Shown in pieces: positions 49,909 to 61,225 of a stretch of DNA of 64,000 nucleotides; within the stretch, counting starts at the first letter, position 1; every line of letters starts with the position of its first letter. Where the stretch lies: positions 8,246,001 through 8,310,000 of the forward strand of contig CAIIXF020000001.1 of NCBI GenBank assembly GCA_903813345.2. The letters run 5' to 3'. The notes beneath the pieces were generated by a model. The model saw only the letters and a list, made by a program, of their open reading frames with translations, ran no database searches and was not told the origin of the DNA. Source of the stretch: Owenia fusiformis (lineage: Eukaryota). Both the position numbers and the translations under genes were made by a program.

Positions 49909-50110
49909 CTGGAAATACAAAATATAACACATTTCAATAATATTGCAACTTTCATCATTATTTTTTTGTCATGGTAGGTTAAAGGTAGGTAATAAGTTAT
50001 AAACATTTCAGATTTACTAGTCGAAATTGAACTATGGATAAGTGGATGTGATATTTTTCCTATAATTGATAAAAATCAGCTGGTCCCAAGTGACATTATC
50101 TGCCAATTAT

Positions 50111-51775
50111 CACGGTGTTATAGCATGACAGATACGCCACCTCTGAAAACGAGGTTAGTCGTATACGATCACTGATTTATCCAATAAAATGGCCACGATG
50201 AAGCAGAAAGCTAAGGTAGGTGCATTATGTTCTACTACTGCGTATCAATAAAAGCATGAAAGATTTATGTAAGCGTCGCATTCGGTGATGCATTCAGTAA
50301 TGTTTATTTTGAACGTAGTCTTTGCAAATCGACGCCCATGGATAACATGAAATAAGCGAAAAACTGTCGAGTTTGAAATTCAAAACTTCATAAAATTTAG
50401 TAATTTGTTTCTTTTCTTCGTTAGGACATGCTCTACATTGCGCAACAACCTTGGTGTATATAAATGTAACCTACATACGATCATACAAAGCCAATTAAGC
50501 ATTGTAAACCACTTAATATGTTCTACTCAAGCCATAATAATGTATTTTGAATTTGCGGATACGCCAAAAATTGATAGACAGTTACGCGAACCTCGTTCAT
50601 ATATGTAAAACCGAATCATTTCATATCGCTTGTGATCCAAAATTGAAATGTTTTTCAACCGGATTTGAGTTTTGTAAGCTATAATAGATGAAATCGTATT
50701 ATTACCACCTTGCAGGGCCTGTTCTAGGGGTTTTATTACTAGTTGAGAAGGCATTTAAATTGCTATATTGACGTGAGCAATATTGTGCCGGGCGTTAATG
50801 ACTTTAGTCGGGCAATAATGATATTATTCGCCCGGCTATGTTTCATGGGAAAAGTGATATCGTTCAGTGCGTAAGATTTTCTATTTCAAATTTGCTATTT
50901 CAGCCCTGGGCATTAACGGTGGTCCAATATTTCATATTGCCCGCAGAAATGACGTTATTGTACTATTATGAAGATGGTGACATAAACAGCTGAATATGAT
51001 TTGTAATAATGGTAATATATGTCTAATGTCACTTATGACATCATCAATTAATTTGGAGTTGTTTTCTTCCGTCGCATGTTCGTTGTTACTAATTTCTTCC
51101 TTTGCCTCTTCATTACAATCATTTTCACTTTCATTGGCTTTCGCTATTTTTTCCTTGCCCTATAGAGGCTCAAGCAAGAGCGTCTCTTGCGAGTCCTGAA
51201 AACAAATATAGGCAGTTCACACATAGAGAGCTATCCATCTAGGGACCTTGACTTGACAGGAACTTGCATGTAACCGTCCGCTAACATCTAATGTAAAACT
51301 AATACAATGCGTTGCTGTCCATAAAAAAGCATGCAATACATACGTATCTGTCTAACGACCTTGCGATTGAAACCTTATTATCTACAATATTTACCACATT
51401 TCTGTTCTGCATTTGTCATTTTATGGCTTGTTTATGCACAGTTTACGTACAGTTACTATTTTGAGTGGCTCTGAGGCACATATACTGAGAAAACACGAAA
51501 AAGGACTAAAAATTATGAACTTCGAAATCTCAGCTGGGTAGGTTTACAGCTTATATTCTGCTTCTTGAAGACCACACGACAGATTTAACTCAATCTTTAA
51601 AACCATTCACATATGCATCACCGAATGGAACTAGTTGAAAAGGAAAGCTTATCTGTGAATCTTGCCTACAGGCGAAAAAGAGGACATGCTGTCTTTCCCG
51701 TCCGCCATTTTTTGTTATCGTTACCGCAAAATTTGGCCAATTGCCTTGTCGTATCTGTCATGCTATAACACCGTG
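50111..51775. mobile_element. CACGGTG-ended element with 26-bp perfect TIR and 5-bp TSD (Transib/RAG-like)
   Basis: ATTAT|CACGGTGTTATAGCATGACAGATACG ... CGTATCTGTCATGCTATAACACCGTG|ATTAT. Subterminal 15-bp inverted motif at 50279-50293 and 51613-51627. Confidence 0.85.
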
Positions 51776-51983
51776 ATTATGGTTTTGACTTTATTCTATT
51801 GCAGACTCTTCTCAAGTCTCTGACAAACGTTCAATGATAAATAAAATATCATCTTAGGCCAAGGCATTAACATGCAAATTGTCACCACCTACCATTTGTT
51901 ACAGATGCCGAATGCCACTTCTGGTGGTGAAATAAAAAATACACAATTTCTACAGTGATTACTACAGTTTTAACTACATTTAC

Positions 51984-52150
51984 CTTGAAAGGTATTTTTG
52001 TCTTGCACTGAGGTTGCCGAACAATAATCGCCAGTGAGAAGACCAGAATGAGGGCAAATACTGTGACCAGCACAATTGCCCAAACAGTCATGGAAGAAAC
52101 TTCATGCTCAGCAAATATTAAGACTGCACTTAAAGATGGCGCTACTAAAC
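51984..52150 (-). CDS. SLC7A1/2/3-like: Cationic amino acid transporter exon
   Basis: SLVAPSLSAVLIFAEHEVSSMTVWAIVLVTVFALILVFSLAIIVRQPQCKTKIPFK; ttccag / gtaaat. Confidence 0.92.
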
Positions 52151-52343
52151 CTGGAATATAGCAATTTTGAGATATCATTTTGTTTGAAGTAATTGATCAT
52201 TCTTAGGAGAGAACTGGAGCAGAAAATCCTTTAAACAAATATCATTTCATAAAACATAAAGATATACTATTAACTCTAAATATAGAAAAATGTATAATAT
52301 TTATAACAATGCGAGAGTTGTCTAGTGTCATTTATAGACTTAC

Positions 52344-52558
52344 TTATAACAACTACACATATTTTGACGAGATGTGCCGTTTGTTCAGTGGGTGCCTTCT
52401 CTGGTGGATTAAAACATTTGGTAAGAGGGGAACAACAGGAAGGGTCTGCAGCAGGAACATATTCATCCCCATAATCCGATACAATGTTTTGTACACCATT
52501 GTGATCCTCTTCATGTGTTACATCGTCAAATTTCTGGTTCGGATCTGGTGGCTCGTAT
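52344..52558 (-). CDS. SLC7A1/2/3-like: Cationic amino acid transporter exon (large cytoplasmic loop)
   Basis: R|YEPPDPNQKFDD...DYGDEYVPAADPSCCSPLTKCFNPPEKAPTEQTAHLVKICVVVI; ttttgtag / gtaagt, phase 2 to phase 1. Confidence 0.88.
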
Positions 52559-53237
52559 CTACAAAATTAACATATGTTACAAATACATGTATATATGTGG
52601 CTCAATGAGTTTTCAGCGGAATATTTTTTTTAAATGTATAGACACTCAGATTAGATAAATATAAAATAGAATCTAATTTATCATGGGGACTTACAAAAGC
52701 ATACATGTACTTCCTAATTCATAAATACTTATAACTTACAAGATTTATTGCCAATTTTATACCATCTTTAAGATACAATCACCAGATTTATTCATTAATG
52801 ATAGAAACCAAACAAAAATAAAACTATAAAACACACATAAAATACATGCACTTAAAGAAATAAATTCACATTTGTAAGCTTTACTTGTACTAATCTTGTA
52901 CTTTACAATAAAAATGAATATTATTTTCTAGTAAAGCTCACAATAATGCACCAGCTGCATGCCAAGTGAAAGAAAATCACAAATAGTGACAAACAGCTAG
53001 TATGCCTGAACAGTGAATTGGTTTCACTTAGAATGAAATTGTATTCACAGAGGGATACATAGTAATTTTGCACTTTATTGTTATAAATCATCTCCAAATC
53101 ACCTCTATGTAAGTTGTAATAATGTTAGTACATGCGTTGCATAGTAGTTTAACAAACAAAAGCTCAGCACTAAACACACTAAATATAAAATGCCTTAAGT
53201 ATACTTTATTAGTTAAAAATAAAACAACAATAGCCCT

Positions 53238-53445
53238 GTTTACACTATATAACACATTCCAAGATGTTTTCGCCAAGAGCTCTTACAAAAATTCAGGCGA
53301 GTTTACATTAGACATCTTACAAAATATTTTTGAATTTACACTTTTTTCCCGACTCATCCTGGGAAACTGTGTATTTACGTTACAATCTAAAGACATCTCA
53401 ACTCCAAAACGTTTTACGTAAGAGCTCTTAGAGTATAGTGTAAAT
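53238..53445. mobile_element. Degenerate palindromic MITE
   Basis: TTTACACTATA..AAGAGCTCTTAC vs GTAAGAGCTCTT..TATAGTGTAAA. Confidence 0.45.
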
Positions 53446-56400
53446 TAATCCAGCTTATATTAACCTTACAGGATTAGTTTTATAAAACAGATAGAAATCT
53501 GAGATTAATATCATAGGTATTTTTCCATTTAAGTAACCCTTTTACCTTGAATGAAAGTACCAGTTGTAAGAAAAGACATGTGACAATGTTGAGCAATGTA
53601 TTCACATCAAGAAGACTAACTCAGGATACTGTGATCCGATTCATGATTTCACGATGCCTTTCAACTTATGCAGGATTCTGTTCTAAGCTCAAATTTTCTT
53701 TTATTTAATAAACGTAATACTAGATTTAATTATGAGGCTTATGGTATTATGAAGTTATTAGTTATTTTGCAGAATAGCATTAAGTAAGTAATAAATAATA
53801 AGTAAAAAGCTAGCTAATCAGAAAAAATAGCACCACTCGGTGGGTTCATATGGTGTTTCTTTAAACTCATTTTTAAAAAAATTCATAGAGTAACCATGAA
53901 GAAAGCACTAACATGCAAAATGTCACCACCTGCTATTTGTTACAGACAAACACCAGACACTTACCACCAAGAGCTGAATGGTGAACACCAACTGCAGACC
54001 ACCACAACAACAAAAATGGAGACGATAACAATATGTCGGCAATTGGGGTGGTGACATAAAAACTGTAAAACCTAAGAAACTGAAACTGACACAGATACTT
54101 TCAAACATCAATTGCAACATATAAAATCTGATCATGGAACATTATGAATGAGACATGATTTGTGATATTTTGACAAAATAGCTGATTTCCCCAAATTAAA
54201 GCTATGCAAGTGGGAGCCTGGATTAATGGTGTTCTATCAGTATGAACCCACATAAAATGGATGTAAGCCTCAGTTCAGGAATAGCCAGTTTTTATTTGAC
54301 CAAAAATTGTTGAAAAATTGACAGATGCAGACAGACAGACAGATGGACAGACAGACTGATGGACTGACTCCATAGGCTCAACATATGAGACAAAAAGAAA
54401 GACAAAGAAGGATTTTGTAACTCTAGTCTAATTCACATAGGATTATAAGTAGAATTTAGTACCTGATTAGAAATTAAGCATTAAGACCAGGACAAAGAAC
54501 TCCCATAGACTTCACTAAGGTTCATTGAACGACCGAGAAAGACTTTCTTACTCACCCAAGTTGGATATATCTAAATAGTGACTGTATCGTTTAATGTATA
54601 TGAACGATAAATGCTCAAATACACACATCCTTGTAAAATATATAGTTTAAATGAATACATGAATAAGGTCCTGATTTAATATCGAAGACAAAAAATGAAT
54701 GGTAACTGAAAGTGCATGTCATAACCAAGAAAACAAAAGTATAATACTATATTAATAATAGGCATACATGTTGAAGTTCACAACAAACTTTTTCAGACTT
54801 GAACAATCAGATCCAAAGTTGACTCATAAGCCCATACTGGAATACAGTAGAACCTGTATATCTGAACACCTGGCTAATCCGAACACCTTCCAATTTGAAC
54901 ACTTTTTTTCAGTCCCATTTTTTCCTCCCACTGACTCCCATGTTAAAAAACCTTGAAATCTGAACACCTCCTAATCTGAACAGTGGACAACCAGATTTGA
55001 AAAAGTGACCTGTCTAATCTGAACATTTTTATCAGAAATCAAATGTCTGGACATTTCAATTTAAAGCCACAAATTGAGTCAATGCTATAGTTGTTATTTA
55101 TCTTTACATATACATGTACGTAAGCCATAATTAAAAACAAGCTTGAATTTCTCCCTGATTAATATAATAAGCCAAAATCCAGCCCTGATTAATGCAAGTT
55201 TGAATTCAGGCCTTGTTATAGGTAGATTGACTAAGCATCATTAGTTTCCATGCTTGTACACTATATGTGAACTATCACACATGACAAAGACATAAAAGGC
55301 TTGACCCATTGAATTCCAATGCTGTTGTAAGGTGTTACCTGTATCATTTTTATCAATCATCATGTAAATATAATTACATATTATTCAGAGAATTTTCTGA
55401 TTCTTAAACAAAACACAGTAACAAAAAAAGTAAACAAAAACGATGAATTCCTAAATTAGTATGTTAATCTGTTACTCGTTGGTCACAGTGAACGCACTGA
55501 ATACCGAATGTGCGAAGATGTTGCTCATAAGGTTTTGATTAAAGTGCTGTGACACCAAGGTGTTCAAAACAATAAAATAGTGTTTATTACGATTTAAAAT
55601 CAGAAGCAGGTGTCATCTCTGTCTGATCCAGTGGATTAACTGCACATCTGAAGACAAGAGAGTTAATCAAAACATCAGATAGATCTGCAAGTATCTTAAA
55701 TGCGAATCAGAGTTATAGGGGTGAAAATATTGCAAGCAACATGGACAAATGACCTACCCAATTTATGCTTTACCATCTCAAATATGTTATCTTACATGGC
55801 AAAGTTGTTTTAGACTCAATGTGAAAAAATATTGTAAGAGCCAAAAATATTGTAAAGGTTGTCATGGTTATTTGCTAAATCTGATTCAGGCTTTAAGAAA
55901 ACAACTATTTGTACATTTCAGATGTAATCAATTATAAGTATTATTACACATTTCCATTTCCATTTTGTGTAATGCGATCAGATCTTTTTTAAACAGGATC
56001 ACCATTGTTATTATATCCTGGAGCGTAATTGAATGAGAAAGAATCCAGAAAGTCATATTTTGTGAAATATAAACCCACCATTGTTTGTGATCAACAGTAG
56101 ATAATTATAAGTGGTGCCATATAATAGCTTTGGAGCCATGTTATTGATGCAATAAGATGCAATAAGGGCCTCAAACAAACATGCTGACATCAGTCGTTTT
56201 CATTGTAGCACTAATAATTACACTGCAAACATGTCATGTAATACAATAATAATCACAGACAAGACATTGGGATATAACTTTCTGTATGTCAGCTGTTAGA
56301 AACACATTATATTTACTGAACTTTAGTGAAGACCATCTGAAAATTACCATCTGAAAAGTGACATGTAAATAATGTGCTCATCCTATATTCCCATTATATC

Positions 56401-57692
56401 CCAACAGTTTTAATAAAAAGGCATATCGTGCAACAGGAATATTAAATGATTGTTGGTTGGTTTGGTCAATAAAAGTTATAGTCATAAGTCTAGTAATCAC
56501 ATACCGGTACATGTATTTTGGTACACTCATGAAATAAAACTCTTAGCATTGGGGAATTTTTTACCAAAGGTTAGTTCTCAAAATTTTTTCATATGGCTCG
56601 TTTTTCAGAAATTTTCATTTCTTTTCATTTCGCTTTTCTTCCCCGCAAAATTTTCAATAGCATGTGATAAAATTCCTGAAGAAAGTATTGAAACAGGAAA
56701 CACTAGAAAATAACAAAACTACACCGTTGAAATCTATGTAATAAATAGACCCAACGTCGACATCAAATCAAAGCAATTACAGATAAGGACAACACAATAC
56801 CCATCGGTGTAATTTAGTCTGTTTACTGTGTCCCTAAAAATCAATTGTGTCTGACTCTCAAATCAGAGATAGAGCTTTTTTATTATAGATTGAACAATGA
56901 AATATAGAGTTAGCAAGACCAAGTCAATATTTAATGTTGTCCCAGCACATATAAAAATACATTTCAGACCCTTTCCCCGAAAAAAATGTAATTGGACGTA
57001 ATTAAGTTTTATTGATTTTTTCAAATTAAGTTACTTCTATCTAAAACAGATCCTAGCTTACAAATTGTAATAGACCTTTGCCCCCTCTATCCTCAAACTT
57101 AATTCAATGCGTTTTTGGGAACTGTAAATGGTTATACATTTTATTTTCATATGTATTTCTATGTATCCTTTGCAATGGTTTGACTTAGTCTTACTGTAAA
57201 AGTTGTTTACCCTCTTTTAAGTTTAAGAGAAACCTCTGAACTCACCACACTAACAAGAGCTAGAAACTGCCAGAACATGTTTTTCTGCTTGTGCTGGTGG
57301 TGGTGCCATCTTTTTTGTTACTTTGAAATTACTATACTTGTATGTGGCAATCCGGCCATCTTTATTTCATTATCACTTATACAGTATTGCAATTTAAAAA
57401 ATCAAATGAAAATTTGTATGGCAAGCCAATGCACCTGAACATGAATCTCAATATATTTTTTCAGTTAATTGTAGTTATCATGTGAATATAAATTATTTTG
57501 TTTATATGCGTGGGAAGCTGTAATCAGTCAATATTTGACTTAATAATTTTCACTCATTATGAAAAAAAATCAATCCAAAAAATTACAAATTATAATAGAA
57601 ACAACGAGACAAATATCTTATACTAGACTTTACAAAGCAAAGCAAAAACCACCTAAAACTAAATACATCTGAACACTAAATATAGCACTAAC

Positions 57693-57773
57693 AAATCTGA
57701 TCCCTTTTCTCTATGTAGGGGGAAATATTCATTCCCACCATCTATGATCTCCTTTAGAATCTGTGGTTCATAT
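57693..57773 (-). CDS. SLC7A1/2/3-like: Candidate alternative 81-nt exon of the transporter
   Basis: tttttag acceptor, donor gttagt, phase 2 to phase 2. R|YEPQILKEIIDGGNEYFPLHREKGSD is paralogous to the start of exon 52344-52558. Confidence 0.55.
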
Positions 57774-59306
57774 CTAAAAATGAAAAATTGAATTAATAAC
57801 ATGTTTGAATTGTTTTTTTCAAGGTTTATTAGTGATCTGGCTCACCCTAAAAACCTAATTTGAGCCAGGAATTGCCAGCCAAAATATTTGAAGCTCTTGA
57901 CTCTTACTTTTTTCACTTCAGGGAACTCAAGATCTAGATCAAGTTTTAATTTTGGAACAGATCCCTCATACTGTACATATTTAACACTACCTGTAAATGC
58001 ATCCAATAAACCCAGATCCCTTTATAAAAACCAAATGTATGCTCTTTTCAACAACATACGATTCAATCGTATATATCAAAAATATCCATATCTTAGGACA
58101 TACTCAACATTTAAAATAGAATTCAAGAAAGAACCATTTTAATGACATCAAATTAAGAAATATATTATGCAAAATAATACTTGGCAATCATAAATTAGAA
58201 AAACAAAATGTTGATGTTAAAAACGAACAAAAAAATACAATTAGAGGATAGACTTAAGTTTTAAATACAACCTGACCTAAGTAGAAGATGAATTGCAAAC
58301 CCTGCCTATTCAATCCAAAGAGCAATATTTTTCAAAATACTAGCTAACCATTTAGTAATATACTACCTGAGATTGCAATAAAGGAAATCATGATTAGTAA
58401 AATTCAAATATTAAAACCTGTGCCAAATACTATTTTAGTACATCTTCGCACGCTCAGTCTTCACTGCATTCAGTTTTGACCGACGGGAGCCGAGTGAACG
58501 AAGATGATTTTAGTATGGAATGTGAGAACAATATTAGAACATTTATTTCATGCACAATCTATATACCAGAATATGAATTGTATAGTATATGTATGAAAAC
58601 ACTGTATGTTGGTTTCCCAAGTATGTTTCAGTCCAGATGTAATTAAATACTGTTAATTTTTGATCTTTCTATATAAATAATGTCTTAATATAGTTATTTT
58701 TATACTTTTGTTTCTATGTCTTGCGTCTATGTTTGTAAATATATACTATACAAATCACATGTATAAACCTGTATAGTGGCCCATATTACAGTGAGCCTGT
58801 CATACTTAATGGTCTGTAAAAGATATATAAGACATTTAGGCAGCTACTATGAATTTCATAAAACATGAATCTAAAAGTTAGCATAATATTCATGAGTTAT
58901 TCTGGTATGCTATAAAGTAAAACCTCTCGAATCTGAACACTCTTTTCAAATTAGGACACATTTATAAAATGAAAATTTTTAAATTATATCTAATTTATGA
59001 AGAGTTGCAATGACTCGTTCAGTTGAGAGATTCTCTCTTTAGACAGGCAGACTTATAGACAGAAGGTTTTACAATATCCTTACCAAAACTACTCATGGGG
59101 GTAAATCAACTGTTGACTAGAGAACGGCAATCAAACAAAATTTTATACATCAAGGGGTCAAGGATCACTGGCATAAGTAATGCAGTTCATTATAAATACA
59201 TGTAATTTAATTGATTTACATGAACAGTAATACATTTCAATGTGGCCATTTATACCCTTCTCATTAGAGCCATATAAACATTTTAACAACAATACATTGT
59301 AATTAC

Positions 59307-59409
59307 CTGAGAATGAGCACACATATTGCAACTAGTGTGTAGGCAAGTAGGGTCCCTATGGACATCATGTCCACCAATTCCTTCAGGTCAAACAACATGG
59401 CCATTGTAC
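59307..59409 (-). CDS. SLC7A1/2/3-like: Cationic amino acid transporter exon
   Basis: [35 protein letters not shown]; canonical splice sites. Confidence 0.95.
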
Positions 59410-60129
59410 CTGGATAGCAAGAGAAATATAATGAAGTGAAATGCACTCAAGGAAGGCCATCTGTATTGCACTGATGGTTAGTCAATGTGATAAGGAAATA
59501 AGCCTGTTAAAGTACATTCATAAGGCAGCTATTTATCAAAGTGTGGTCCACACTTCAAACCTATTTAACACCCTAGTCACTTAAAAATTGTATTGCATGC
59601 AAGCAGTAGCAGTATTACAACCTCTGCTCATTCTAACCATATAACACACAGATGTATGAGAAACAATAAGGTGATATGACATGGTCCAGTGATTAAAAGG
59701 TGAAATCTATATTCTATATATTCTATTTCATACATGTTTTATTTTGTAAGTATCTTTGATGGAAATCTATTTGTAAAACAGAATTCAAAATGTTGCCATC
59801 TGGTTTAATTTCTTTATGTCTGTATTAAAGTACATGAATTTGTCTCCTTGATGCAAAAAAATAAATAACTTACATATTCTACTATGTGATAAGTAATATG
59901 TAAAACAAAATGAGGTAAGAATGCTAATGCAAACAAATATGTCATTTCAAATGCCAGTAGGTGTTTTTTGGTTTGTTTATTTATTATCATTTGGAATCAT
60001 TACATGTAATTAACATGTACCATAATGTGCCATAAATCACTGAACCTTGTTCCTTATCCCTTAAATACATATAATAAAGTGAATCCTGGTCTTTTTCCCT
60101 TAAATAAACATAATAAAGTGAAAGCATAC

Positions 60130-60269
60130 CAGCAAATAGGCCAGAAATCAATGTTGCTATTAGTGGAGTTTTGAATCGTTCGTTCACTCTTGCGAGGAAG
60201 CGGAATAGGAGGCCATCACTGGCCATAGCATAAATAACTCTGGGGAGAGGGAACATAGCACCAAGTAAA
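60130..60269 (-). CDS. SLC7A1/2/3-like: Cationic amino acid transporter exon
   Basis: [48 protein letters not shown]. Confidence 0.95.
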
Positions 60270-60580
60270 CTGAAATAAATGAAAAACAATGCATGAACAA
60301 TTAATTATATGCAGAGTAGATGAAAGAATCATGGCAGTAATTAACAACATTTTACAGAAATCTAAAAAATTGAATAAAGGAACATAAATATCAGGGGCCT
60401 GAATAGTCAAGATCTTTATGTTGTCATTAAAAAAAGTCCAAACTACACTTATTTAATACAATATCATACCCCATTACAATTTTCATTAAAAAGTTCTCCA
60501 AGATCTACTGACCAGGTTTGTGTACCCTGTTCTGTGTATACTAGTTTAGAGGTAAGATTTGAAATGCAGATGAGTGTTAC

Positions 60581-60654
60581 CTTGTAGATAGACCACAGAC
60601 TGCTCCAACACTCACTACATACTTGGCAAAACCCCAACCCACACGCTTAAATAC
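60581..60654 (-). CDS. SLC7A1/2/3-like: Cationic amino acid transporter exon
   Basis: VFKRVGWGFAKYVVSVGAVCGLSTS; 74 nt, ttttag / gtaaca. Confidence 0.93.
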
Positions 60655-61007
60655 CTAAAAAGAAAGTTATACATCTACAGAGTTGAAAGTGCATAAAAAA
60701 TAACAATGGTTTTCCATATGGGTGGCAACCTTACAGAAAGGCATCTAGTATCTCATGAATTTACAGGCAGTCCAAGGATGGAAAATAAAGTGAAACACAA
60801 TATTGAAATTGTAATAGAAACGAAGTGTTCTAACGATAATGAAACCTCATTTCACTGATATAATTATTTTATAACTATATCAGTGAAACCTATGAAAATG
60901 TGAATCCCTTCCTTGTCCTTCACATTACTTTTTCATTATTATTACTTTCATGACCAGTAGTGCAGTAATCCATGTTAAATGAAATAGAACTGATAAATGC
61001 TACAAAC

Positions 61008-61156
61008 CTCAGGCAGGGGTGCATTTGGGTCCAATATGTAATAAGGTACCATTAAAGTAAGCACTGCGCTTACTCCAAAATAAGCCAAGAAACAGGCAAG
61101 CAGAGAAATGACAATACTAATTGGAATGGCCTTCTGGGGATTCCTTACTTCTTCAC
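61008..61156 (-). CDS. SLC7A1/2/3-like: Cationic amino acid transporter exon (gene continues beyond the window)
   Basis: [50 protein letters not shown]. No upstream exon found before 64000. Confidence 0.95.
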
Positions 61157-61225
61157 CTACAAGAAGCAATAGTATAAGGTGACTAGAATTGATTCAACAA
61201 GACACAAAGAAATAATTATCATACT

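Noticed and set aside
60851-60888. Small hairpin TTTCACTGATATA..TATATCAGTGAAA; similar one at 46735-46820
   Set aside because: AT-rich intronic MITE-like remnants with nothing supporting a miRNA.
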